A stretch of DNA of 59,274 bases, filler included, from Sphacelaria rigidula (taxonomy: Eukaryota), in the NCBI GenBank assembly GCA_964200075.2. It is 10 parts of 10 records of this genome, joined end to end, with 100 filler letters (N's around TTAATTAATTAA, not from the genome) between each part and the next. Parts side by side here need not be neighbours in the genome. Positions count along the whole stretch, not along the records: positions 47,501 to 53,337 come from CAXNAA020024076.1; positions 53,438 to 59,274 come from CAXNAA020024077.1; 8 more parts are not named here. The stretch is one strand, 5' to 3'. Within the stretch, counting starts at the first letter, position 1, and every line of letters starts with the position of its first letter. Shown here one piece after another: positions 48,008-59,274 of this stretch. The translations under genes and the position numbers were made by a program. The notes beneath the pieces are model-generated. The model did not search any database, was not told where the DNA came from, and saw only the letters and a list, made by a program, of their open reading frames with translations.

Positions 48008-51000
48008 ATGATGGGAAAGCAAGGGAGAGTTGGGTTCAGCAACACCGGGACGGGGAGAGCTGGAGGCTCATCTGCTGCCAAGAAGAAGATCGTTATCAGG
48101 CCCTTCAAGGTAATACTGGAACCGGGCTCGACGATCGCAATTGCGCTGTAGAGTATTGTCCGAAATAGTCAATGGTTTGATTTAGTGGGTTCATACATTT
48201 CCCGGACATCCTCCCCATAAATCGGAGCAGCAAGTAGCACTTCCCCCCAAAGAGCTGTTTTTCAAATATATCTCCCTGCACTAGAGCCAGGTCGTAATCG
48301 GAACGCAAACTGACCGTACGGTACTGTACTGTTGTCAGCTGAGCTGTTGTCGCGCAGCCGTTCTAACTTCGGTAATGCTCTCCTACCTGTACCTACATGC
48401 ATCGTTGTCAAGCAGGGCTATTACCTCTAGTCTGCATGGAGTTTACTGCAGCGTACTTCAGTGCTTTTGTGCGATTCTACTATAGCACAACTCTGGTAAT
48501 CGCCACGACGCAATGTTACGGTACGACACAAAGACCGTCCCCACTCTACAGGTCGGCGCGTATGCTAACTTGACCCGCTGAGTTCGTGCCACGACTCGTT
48601 CACAGCAGGCACTACAGATAACAAGTAGATGCGAACTTTCAGCCATTTCCACTAATTGGCTGCATGAAAAATGCTGGTTGTGCCTCTCTCAGCGATTAGC
48701 ACAAGCGTGTATCTGTCGCGATCGGGCACATTGTCCCCAAAACTTTGTACAAATTTTCGAGCGTTGGATATCACACAAATGTTCTCGGAAAAAAGGTCGT
48801 GACAGGATTTGTTCGATTATACTGAATAATACTTCAACCGTTTGTCTCAGGGACGCACAAAAGACAACACTTTGTCCACGGACGTGTTGTTTGCCGCGTG
48901 AGTTTCGTATACCTTATTCAAACGTCAGCGCCTCTTTTGTCCCAAGTCATGCAAAAAAGAGCGGTGAGGGCACCTTCCTCAACGAGAAGTTACAGTAGCT
49001 CCGCAATGGTCAACCGTTACACGTACGTGTGCCGCAACACTCCACTTGCTACTTGATACAAGTACAGTACCATGATCCAGCTGTGGTACGCAGCGCATGT
49101 ATATACAGCATATCCTCTGCAGTACGCGCTCTTGATAGCCTGGAGTTTTGAAGTTCAAGACGACGACCCTCGTGGGTACGTAAGTGTGTGTTGCCATCCC
49201 ATCTATTCTGGGCGCCGTTGTACATCTTTCGGTACAAGCGGTCGCACCAGCCGGCGTCACGCAGTAGAACGGCCAACACAGAAGTTTTATTTTCTCCATT
49301 TATTTTAGCTCTCCACCTTCGTTCTGTGGTGCTTGCTTCTTTTTTTTTATCGCGAAAAGGGTTCAGCAGTCCCTTTCCGTCATCGACCGTTAAGTCGATT
49401 TTTGTGTACCCACGACATGGTCGCTCTCCACTGTTGAGCGTTGTGTGAGAAAAAATCCAGATCGCTCCGATATTCGAACCCACGACCCAACCGTCAGAAA
49501 GTTTCGAGGTTAGCGACTGAGCCACCGGGGTGACCGGTCATACTAGAGGTCATATTACAATCGGTTGTCATTTGAACACGTCACACCCATGCATGGTTGG
49601 CTGCTCCTTCCATGTACTGAAAGCACTACACTGCGTGGTGGAAGCCTCGAAGCCTCGTCCAATAAAAACCCCACATGTGTCGCAACCCTATCCACGGCGG
49701 ACTCCCTCTTCATGCCATCACTCAGGTATAGGTGGGAAGTATAGTCCCCACGCAGCCGTAGGGGTAAAACTAACTCAAAATACCGTGCGCAGAGTGCATT
49801 TACCAGGCGTGGAAATGTGTGTGATTGCAGGTCCAACCGAAGCTCCCGGATAATTTCGAGGACGACACATGGGAGAAGCTCAAAAGAGCCGTGGGGGCTG
49901 TGCAGGGAAAGCGACCGATTGCGACGAGCAGAGAGGAGCTGTACCGAGCGGTGGAAGATCTGTGCGTCCACAAGATGGGGGCCAAGCTCTACGACAGGTT
50001 AGATGTACAGTAGATAATCACACAGGTTAGGTCTACTGTTCAACAGTGTTATGACGGAGCCACTCTGGCGCCCGCCTCATGTTGCAGTGAGCAGTGAGCA
50101 CGGAAGTGACTGATTTGGGACCGCCGGGGTGTTGACGATACTACGTAGACGTTGTTTTGGCCAACAGCTTATACTTGTCGGATAAGGGTTTCTGATACGG
50201 TGAAACCGATAGGCTGGAGACTGTCTTTGGCAACCAGCACCGATGTGCACAGAGTGCGTGCCGCACGAGTACACAATGATGAAACGCCGGATTGCGTTGG
50301 AAGTAGCGTTGTGTACTCCAACACGATGCCCCACTCGTCCACCATCATTGAAAGTGCCCACAGCATATTCTCTCGACCCACACCCTTCTGAGTTGCTGCC
50401 GGAACGGAGACGGATGTGAAGTTCCGTGCTTGATCATTGTCTAAGCAGGCGTTAGAAAGCTGGACGGTGCTGTTGCACCAAGCACCCCGAGCAACTAATT
50501 GTACAGAAATCTGACGACTGAACACCAGATAATCGCGAACGTCTGTATCGCATAGTCTGACTCCAATGGCTCGGAGTCTTCACTAATAAAGCCTTTGATG
50601 GGTGTGTGCGCTGCCTCAAACCTTGAAAACAAACTTGACCGTGTACGCATCGTTACTGCGTTACCGCGCAGATTGCGCGTGGAGTGCGCCGTGCACATTC
50701 GCGCGGAGATGGAGTCTCTGGTGGGCCAGACTCCGGACTGCAACGCGTTCCTGCAGCTTGTAGACTCCAAGTGGCAAGACCACTGTTCCTCGATGCTGAC
50801 ACTAAGAAACATATTCCTGTACCTGGATCGCAGTTTCGTGCTGCAGGCGCCTGCACTGCGGAGTATATGGGACATGGGTCTGGAGCTATTCCGCAACAGC
50901 CTGCAGGTATTACAAGCACGGGGGTGTATGGTTGGCGGCTAGGGACGTGGTGTTAGCGACATAAGTCACCCACCATGAAACTATGATACGGTTTCGGTCT

Positions 51001-53075
51001 TTGTTCTTTCGTCTTTGCAGGTGTGAATGCCGAGGGCAGTTGTGTTGCATTTTCTCCCGCGTGGTACCAGTAGTGCTGTCACAGTGCTTTCTTTCGCGAG
51101 ACAAGCGATGTTATGGTCGCCTTCTAGTCGAGCACGAGGCGTCTTTGTGTGCCCGACCATGGGCATGCATCTTTTGATGACGAGCCGATCGGAAACTGTT
51201 CTCATGAAGCTTTTTTATGTATAACCATTCAAGGCTCCGGTATGTATCCACACAACGTTGACAACTGTCAGGCATCTTCCGGCAGTATCTGTGGCGGTAC
51301 CTGCTCGTATCCTTGTCTACTACGCGTGTTGTGGTGGATATGCCATGCTACCGCGCTGTACCAACACTGCTAGGGCACATGGGCTTCGTCGTAGACCGTC
51401 TTCGCCGGCAAGATACATGCGTGGGTGGCGCGGCGTGAGTGAAAAGTATCTACTACGGTGTGGCAGTTTGGTTCGCCGAACAACAGTTGCGAGCGGGGGG
51501 CTACCACTGACTCCTGAGGTAGCGGCGGTACCGCCAGATGGAGAGTGCCTAGAGGGCGCTATTCCTCTCCTGCCCTGCTTGCTTTCGGTGCATATCATTG
51601 GTCGAGAGTACCCTACTCGTGTGTTGCCCCGTCTATATTTGTCCCCGTTCATGTCATAGCCCGCGGTTCGTTGTTGGTTTGCTCGTGACTTTTGCTGTCA
51701 GCCTACGCGAGCTGTAGCGCACCTTTTCTTTCAAAAGTCAGATTTAAATGTCAAATTTCTCGTGCGTTCATCGGCATCTCTGCGCGATGATCTCGGCAAA
51801 TTTAGTGCCACCAGCGTCGAGTATCCACCGATTACCCCGTAGAGGTAGTTAATACCGCAGGTAACGCTTTCCATACAAGTACTTGTGGGATGTGAGTCGT
51901 TGTGGATTTGTACCATCTCGAGAGATGATCATCCTGCTGGCAACGCGCGCGAAGACACGAACAACGACGATTAAAACCGTGGAAGGTGTTGAGATTACGC
52001 CGCATCTCCCGACTACAGGTACCCCGAAACGAGCGAACTCCACAGTTGACTGCGTTTCCAGATACAAGCTTTCGATCGATCCCAGCCATCTTTTATTTGT
52101 AATCACCGTGGCTATTGAGTTGAGAGATTCGACCAGCCTTGTACGGTATGTCAGGCACTGACTGGCTTATGTGTCAGTACAGTAACAGATGGCCCGCCTG
52201 ACTGCAGCTCACGCCGTCACTAATTACTTGAGTTTAGTGTCGACCACCGCCTGAATACAGAGTCGGCCAATTTTGAGTAATCTTGATCCCAACGAAACGC
52301 CCGCACGGGTACTTGATTGGTGACGGTGGGTATATGGATATTCTGAAATATATATATATATATATATTTTTTTTTTCATATGAGGAATGACTGATGAATT
52401 GATTTTGATTGATTGTCGCACTTGAACTGACCCCCCAGGGATCCAGCCGTGGTCACATGATGGACGTACCCGAAACAAAACAAAACAAAAATACTCGCTC
52501 AAGAAAAACAAGGAACAGAAAAGGTCGAACAGAATGACGTCGTAGACTAAGACGTAACAAAACAAAACGAATAAAAAGTCAATTGAAGCAAAGCACAGAA
52601 TGAAATGGCCGGTCAAATGAAGGAACACAAGAGGGGGGAAAAAAATACATGAAAAAGGCCGAAGAGATTCAACCACAAGATCATTGATGTAAGGAACCAT
52701 GTGTGTGAGGCTGACATCTATGCTGTCGCTAAAACCGCAAGTTGGTGCGCGAGTTCATGAGCAAGCAACCGTTTTGCTTGTATCTCCACCGAAGTAAATG
52801 TACACCGCTTCCTTCTCTCTCCGTTTCCGACACTGTATTACGCCCTCCCTAGGACGGCCTGGGCAACGGTCTTTTGGCTTGATAAGTGTATTCGTCGTTG
52901 CGGCCCCACCCCCTTCCCTGCCATGATCGTGTTATTTTTTTGCACGCAGGAGTTTTCAGAAGTAGAGGCTAAGACGATAGCCGGCATTTTGACGCTGGTG
53001 GAGCGAGAGCGAACGGGGGAAGATGTCAACCGCCCCCTCCTCCGAAACCTCTTGAGAATGCTATCGGCGCTTCAG
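48008..53075 (+). CDS. CUL4: Cullin-4, N-terminal 4 exons (210 aa); 3' part lies beyond the contig end
   Basis: Exons 48008-48109, 49831-49997, 50672-50906, 52950-53075 with GT-AG introns and matching phases (0, 2, 0). Peptide: MMGKQG...[31 protein letters not shown]...[29 protein letters not shown]...[25 protein letters not shown]...[11 protein letters not shown]|...[27 protein letters not shown]. This is the cullin repeat 1 region with a CUL4-type N-terminus. Confidence 0.92.
49355..49537 (-). mobile_element. tRNA-derived SINE in CUL4 intron 1
   Basis: Minus strand: CCGGTCACCCCGG TGGCTCAGTCG (A box) ... GGGTTCGAAT (B box), followed by a non-tRNA body. No closing acceptor stem. Confidence 0.65.
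52398..52620 (-). mobile_element. 3' end of a (CAAT)n-tailed retroposon; other copies at 4461-4519, 16140-16340, 43225-43500, 44557-44720 (-) and 41600-41670, 42300-42540, 46480-46570 (+)
   Basis: Conserved GACCACGGCTGGA(T/C)CCC...TCAGTT.AAGTGCGA-(CAAT)n with a T-rich upstream part and variable 5' truncation. Confidence 0.75.
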
Positions 53076-55260
53076 GTGATGACGTGACGGTCATGTTTAC
53101 GGTTTCGAGGCAGCGTGGCATGCCTTGCCCGTCCTCGTTCCAACTTAGCATGATCCTGATGTCGCGGGATCATTCAGGAACGTGATTCCTCAAGGAAAGA
53201 GGCGCTCGCGGGGGGGTTCCGCGATGATGTTTTTCATTTCCAACCCCCCCCCCCCTCGTTTCTCTCTGAAAGTGGCGATACCAGAAAGTGAAGCAACTCA
53301 TTGTAGGTTGTCATCCAAATGCAAGATAATCAGTAGGNNNNNNNNNNNNNNNNNNNNNNNNNNNNNNNNNNNNNNNNNNNNTTAATTAATTAANNNNNNN
53401 NNNNNNNNNNNNNNNNNNNNNNNNNNNNNNNNNNNNNTTTGTGGTCCTCCACACCAAAATTCGTCGCCATCCGCTAAATGCATCGATCAGGAGTTTCATA
53501 GATATTTTAGTATTGGCACTATCTCCCTTAGGTATAGGAACTACCAGACATGGGGTTCCATCAACGAGAAAATATGGGCCCAAACTTCTGAGCAGATGGG
53601 CACCTTCCCCTTGACTAGACGATTAATACGATATGCGGATCACGGCCAAATTCGTCTGTGTCGATGAGATATTGCTTTTAGAGCTTAAATCCGTTTTTAG
53701 GCTGGCCCAGCTCGTACAAATTACAAGTGTATTATTTAGTATCTTGTCACATTTTTGAAAGCAACATGGTAACATGTGTATTAAATATAAACTGGAGTAG
53801 TCTGCTCATCAGACCCGCAACAAAATAGGAACACGGAACATGACCGTGGAAATTTGAAGTATTGAGTGTCGGAGCCCGAAGCCTGACGCTTGTCAGCCTG
53901 TCTGGTGGCGAGCTACGCCACATGGAGCACTTGCGAGCAACAAAATATCGCAACTTTATGCGCGTTTATTCGCGTTTAAAGCAAGTTGAGCATTATAAGC
54001 CGATTATAATCTTTACGCTAAACGGGCTTATTTAAGCTGAAAAAAAACAAATTAAGCTAAACTTTATGCGCGCATACGGAACTAAAGCCTAACTTGACTC
54101 CTATCTTATAGACCACCACGCCAGATAACACCTGTTCACAAGATCATGGAAATTTCATCCAGCTCATTCTCAGCTACCACCACAACCCTGCAGCATAAAG
54201 CACGACCTGAGCCCAGAAATAGATACACTACAGCAGTCGAGGATGCTTTCTTTATTTCTTGTTGGCGAAAACTATCGCATCTTCTGTCGTGGGAGGGATC
54301 AGCGACGGAACTGCGTGGTACCGTGGGGAACCGAGTTGCGTGCACGCTCATGGACAACAGTGCAGGCAGTAAAAAGCTGCTCATTGCTGAAGTCCTCTTC
54401 ACGTCGCATTGTAAGCAGAGAGAGCTGATAGTCCTGGGCTGTCTGCACCGCACGTTGCCCGCTCCTCTTTTATATCCTCCTGTACAAAACACGCACGCAC
54501 GCACTCAAGACACTGCATGCAAGCAGTGCAGACAATACAAACTGTATCCACTGTACACGAGTGACTATGTACCGTTTCATGAATTTCACTGTCTCTTTTC
54601 GATCGAAAGCTTGAAAATTCATCTAGACCCAACTCCAGAAAAATGAGCGGATTTATCTCAAGTCGATTCCAGCGCCCCTCCTTTTCCGATCGAGAAAAAA
54701 TGTGCCAAGTCGCCGCGATACCTTCCTCCCCCCCCCCCCTCCACCGAAAAAGAAGCGGCGGCGCTTCTTTTTGACAGTGGCACTTTGTTGAAACGATTAT
54801 TTTTGAATTTTTCAGGCCATTCGGGAAGACTTGTTTGGGTTGTTCGCCATGAAGGGCAACATGAACCAGCGGCGCAATGACCTTTTGCTGTGGTACGCAC
54901 CTGTGACACAGCTCGGACCTCAGTCGTAAGCTGGCATATTTCTACGTCGGATGTGTGTGCGTGTTTGCCCGGGCTTTGTTGAGACGGTGCAATCTGGTTC
55001 AGTCATGCCCGTTAAGATTTCCAGACCTGCCTCCGACTGCGTCCAGTGCGGAACGAATAACCGCTCTTCCCAGGAAGCCAGTTTTGTGGAGAGTCATTAG
55101 GACCTATCGAGACGAACAAAAAAAAAAGCACGAAGAGGATAAAGTGTCCAAAGCAGGAAGTTGATTGATAGCTTGCGGCGATTAATCAACGTGCTGCTTT
55201 TGGACGCTTGTCCCTCTTCGTGCTTGTTATTCTGGTGTCGATGAGACACGGCCGTGTCTT

Positions 55261-55472
55261 GGGCCCTGTCTTAGCACATGAGTTTTTGATCGAAACTGTG
55301 CGGTGGGAAGCAAAAATCCCGATCTGATAGGTCGTGATTTCAACCATCGTCGTTAATTCTGAAGATGATTGATATCATGACCTATCAGGATTGATATCAT
55401 GACCTATCAGATCAGGATTTGTGTTTTCCACCGCACTTTTTCGATCGAAAACTCATGTGCTAAGACAGGCCC
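55261..55472. mobile_element. Tourist-like (PIF/Harbinger) palindromic MITE; other copies at 44361-44555 and 57149-57388
   Basis: GGGCC.TGTCTTAGCACATG...CATGTGCTAAGACAGGCCC followed by TTA. It has an internal 21-bp tandem duplication. Confidence 0.75.
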
Positions 55473-55477
55473 TTAGG

Positions 55478-55961
55478 CCGCTCCTTACAACAGACGAAAA
55501 TAATAATCTGGAAAAGTTCCTTTTTGGAGCTTTTAGGTCGTTTTACGCCCTAAAAGAGTGCTAGGCAGAGTTTGTCACCTTGGAATGACTTGCTCTACTA
55601 TAATAGTTGAGGTGGTTCAAGGACATCTTCCCGTTTGCCGGTGGCCACAGTTTCATTTTGGCCAAACAAGATTTTTTTGTCAAAAAAACGGTTAAAAACA
55701 GTCAAATCGAAAAAAAAAATCCCCACTATTCTCTGAACTTGGCTGTTTTTCATCGTTCTTTGACAAGAATTCTTGTTTAGCGAAAAGCAAAACTGCGGCC
55801 ACCGGCAAATGGTAAGATGTCCTGGAACCGCCTTAACTGGTAGAGCAAGTCATTACAAGGTGTCGAACTCCGCCTAGCTCTCTTTTGGGGCGTGAACCGA
55901 CCTTGAAGCTCCAAAAAAGCACTTCACCAGATTTTTTATTTTTGCCTGTTATAAAGAGCGG
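55478..55961. mobile_element. About 485-bp palindromic MITE
   Basis: Arms of about 220 bp pair imperfectly, from CCGCTCCTTACAACAG to CTGTTATAAAGAGCGG. Confidence 0.7.
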
Positions 55962-56518
55962 TGGAATCGACTTGAGCGAAATTCGTGAAACGGTACATGA
56001 TCGCTTGTGTACAGTGCATACAGTCTGTACTGTCTGCACTGCTTGCATACAGTCTGTCTCGAGTACGTGTGTGCGTGTTTCGTACAGGAGGATATAAAAG
56101 AGGAGCGGGCAACGTGCAGTGCCGACAGCGCAGGACTATCTGTTGTCTCTGCTCACAATGCCAAGTGGAAAGGACTTCAGCAAAGTGCAGCTGTGTACTG
56201 CCTGCACTGTCCATGTGCGTGTACGCAACTCGGTTCCCCACGGTACCACGCAGTTCCGTCCCTGATCCCACCATGACACAAGGTGCTCAAGTTTTCGCCA
56301 ACAAGAAATAACGAAAGCATACCCAACTACGGCAGTGTATCTATCCCTGCGCTCAACTCGTGCTCTATGCTGCAGGGTTGTGGTAGCAGCTGAGGATGAG
56401 TTGCATGGAGTTTGCATGGTTCTGTGAACGGGTAGTAAATTGGGGTGGTGGTCTGTAAGATGAATGTCAAGTGCACGTTCGTATCTTTCAACCGCATGTT
56501 TTCGATCGAAAAAGCTTA

Positions 56519-57064
56519 CGAGCTGGGCCAGCTCAAAAGCGACTGCTCACACCACAGCCTATCACTGTGAACTGCAGACCCACCTGATGACAAAGGACTG
56601 CGTCGCTGTTCGATTGGCGTCGTATTGCCTATGACGCTATTGTACTGCATTGGGTACGGGGTGCGCCTCATATTGTTGGGCGATAGCGTGTCGGAGTCCT
56701 TTTTTTTTTTTAATGCGGTGGCGATCACCCCGCAGTTGATATCCGTGCGGTGCAGCAGCCTCACGCAAAACGTCGCACGCACGGCCCAATTCGGCGACTC
56801 TTGAGCTGAAATTTCAATAAAATCGTGAGCAGCTGCAGATTCTCATTTTTTTCCTGGACTTGGGAAACACAACTATGTTGTTTTTGCTGAAAATTTAAAT
56901 CCCGATAACTTCCTGTTTTTTTCCCTATTTTTGTTTGCTGCTCACGTCATCTTCTGCATGTCGATCATAAAAAGCTGCTGTCAAAATTTCAGCGTCCAAC
57001 TCCCAATATCGCGCCGTGCGTCGCCTGAGCGAGAAAACCATCCATTGTTGGCTGGCCAAGCTCG
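56519..57064. mobile_element. Second copy of the TA-flanked mariner-like element
   Basis: TA|CGAGCTGGGCCAGC...GCTGGCCAAGCTCG|TA, colinear at both ends with 45622-46220. Confidence 0.75.
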
Positions 57065-57726
57065 TAGCCTTCTTGTTCTGTAGGTCTTTCCCGCGCGCCA
57101 CTAAGTATAATTTTGAGTTTGAAGCCAACTAAAAACAGAAATGCGGTGGACCTATCAGATCGGGAGTTTTAGTTTCCACCGCACATTTTCGATCGAGAAA
57201 CAATGTGCTGTGGGCGTGTTTGAGCAACTATTTTTCGATTAAAGTGCGGTAAAAGAAGAAAAAAATTGATCTGATGAATTGTGATTTCAACCATCGTTTC
57301 ACATGTTGACATCACGACCTATGAAATCGGAATTTTCCTTTTCCATCGCACGTTTTTCATCTAACAATGATTTGTGGAGACACGGCCCAAGATATGCCTG
57401 TAGCACATTTATCGAAGAAGTGCGGTGGAAAAGGAAAATTCCGATATCATATGTTCACGTCATTTATGTTCTTAGCTGGCTTCAACTGTTGTTCCATGAT
57501 AATTCGCGCGCGGCCATAGGAAAAATATCCCAAAGCTTGGGCCGCATTTTCAGAAGACCAAAAATAAAATAAGAAAGCGAGAAAAGGAACAAGTGTCCAA
57601 AAGCAGCATGTTGATTAGTCGCCGCACCCATAGACCTTCCCGGGGATCAATCAACATGCTGCTTTTGGACGCTTGTTCATTTCCGGCTACGAGCTGGGCC
57701 GCCCAAGAAGCCACCAGGAATGTTTA

Positions 57727-58356
57727 CAACGCATATTCTTCGCTCAATGTTGGATCGTTTTCGATGAAATTTTGACACGATGTGCAGGACGTACGTGCAA
57801 ATACGAAACCTTCCATCCCCATTTTTTTCCTTCGTGAGTTATTGACAACTTTGTTCCGAAAAAACTGTTCTGAAATCTTCCGTCGCCAGTAACTCACGAA
57901 GGAAGGAAAAAAGAAAAATGGGGATGGAAGGTTTTGTATTTCGCACATACGTCCTGTACAGCGTGTCAAAATTTCATCGAAAACGATTCAAAATTGAGCG
58001 AAGAAAATGCGTCGTTCCGTCGACAACCGGTTACAATAGTGTATGGAGGTGGACCAGTCACGAATATTTTAAACGCATTCATGCTGTTTAGTTTCAAGCT
58101 GTTTCGATTAAATTTTGTCACGATGTACAGGACGTATGTGCAAACACCGAACCTTTCCTCCCATGTTTTTTCTGTTTTTCTGGGTGAGATATTGACAATT
58201 GTGTTCTGAAAAAAATGTTCTGAACTGTTCCGGCGCCAATAACTCACGGAGAAAGAAAAAAAAGACGAGAGGAACGAAGGGGTGTTTGCACATACGTCCT
58301 GTACATCATGTCAAGGTTTCATCGAAAATAACTCAGTATTGAGCTCGGGAATCGTG
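57727..58356. mobile_element. Two adjacent copies of a palindromic MITE of about 285 bp (57727-58014 and 58072-58356)
   Basis: Each copy has arms TTTCGAT.AAATTTTG.CACGATGT.CAGGACGTA.GTGCAAA with the reverse complement at the other end. Confidence 0.7.
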
Positions 58357-59274
58357 CTACAGTTTGTGCGGCATAACGCGGCACAAAATTGACTGTAACC
58401 GAAAACTCCATCTCAGCCGTTTTCTTTCGGCTAATTCCGCTGCACATAGCACCCTCAACTCTCTACACTTCCGCACCTGACTACTGTTCGGTATTTCGTT
58501 TGATGATACCTTGTCGGATCTCAGTGCTACATGGGTTTGAAGACGCGCGCTGATTTGCCGATTACCACGATGTGTCATAGTAGGCACAACTCGCAATACA
58601 TCATCAGTTAGAACGGGCTGAAGGAAAGTGAGCTTCTTGGGCGGCCCAGTCCGTACTTTTTTTGTTTTTGAAAATATACGGCCTTTGCATTTCCGATCGA
58701 AAACGTGCGGCGGAAAGGCGCGAAGGGGCACTTGATTCCTATCGTGCAGACCACTACGCCAGATACCACCCCTTCACACAAAATGTGCCAAGACATACCC
58801 TCAGACGTCGTCTTATCGAGGTAACAAGGTGAGAAAGAGATTGTGACGATGATGATGAACAGCCCGCGTGTGACGATCATTTCACGTTCCCTTTCGCATT
58901 TTCATCAAAATTATTCCTCCTTTTTCACAAAAGGCTCGATTCTGTGTTGGAGAAGAATCGATGTTTTGTGCAGAAGCGGGAAGAATTTTCCCAGATGTTT
59001 ATAGTGGTTGCAGTATCTAGAAGCCATTTCAGAACACATTGACATGCAAGATTAAGATTACCTGTGTAATGAACCCAGTGAGTCAGTTCAGTGTGGGAGA
59101 AGCAGTGAGGCAGAAGGACAGGTGCATCCACGATGAAGTGACAATAATGGTGTCTGGGTTGAAATCGAGGATTATGAGATCCGGGAGACGGATGTGGTGC
59201 GACCATCAGTTGGTGACAGCATCGCGAATCGATGTTGTCTTGAGAATCGGGTTTTTCCTCACAGAGGTTTTTCC

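Larger units (their letters stand above)
54074..56484. repeat. Two inverted copies of a repeat of about 500 bp (54074-54590 and 55980-56484) enclosing stacked MITEs; a partial third copy lies at about 21140-21280
   Basis: Reverse-complement identity is visible in the paired ORF-track translations, e.g. GTELRGTVGNRVA and ATRFPTVPRSSV on opposite strands. Confidence 0.75.

Noticed and set aside
124..53075. Functional linkage of importin-4, cullin-4 and the retroelement ORFs
   Set aside because: They lie on different contigs placed together only by length sorting.
58925..59206. Copia protease from WLLDTATT
   Set aside because: It lacks the DSG/DTG glycine and an upstream zinc knuckle, and the opposite strand looks equally protein-like.

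Overview
This is not one locus. It is ten unlinked contigs of almost identical length (4 x 5838 bp, then 6 x 5837 bp), joined by an artificial 100-nt spacer (44 N + TTAATTAATTAA + 44 N), as expected of a size-sorted concatenation of unplaced contigs. The DNA is eukaryotic, intron-rich and repeat-dense. Short exons, 0.3-3 kb introns and LINE/Gypsy peptides I recall from Ectocarpus-type genomes suggest a brown alga (inference). Host genes rebuilt by hand from splice sites and phase: 8 internal exons of an importin-4-like karyopherin (one GC-AG intron), the first 4 exons of cullin-4, and two unidentified two-exon fragments. The rest is mostly transposon material: a decayed LINE with RT plus 3' fragments, a Gypsy pol tail with chromo-like and Tudor-like modules, a gag-like ORF interrupted by a CACTA-like element, tRNA-derived SINE-like heads, a (CAAT)n-tailed retroposon, and many MITEs with hAT-, P-, Harbinger-, mariner- and piggyBac-like ends. 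The most unusual object is a 1045-bp non-coding palindromic element (36363-37407) with TGT...ACA ends. Its 4-bp target duplication is supported by an empty-site homolog elsewhere in the window. It is built from seven copies of a tRNA-Asp-like 5' half and carries four tRNA-like Pol III heads arranged in two convergent pairs. No CRISPR array, rRNA or convincing functional tRNA was found. All family names come from motif recognition, not from database searches.
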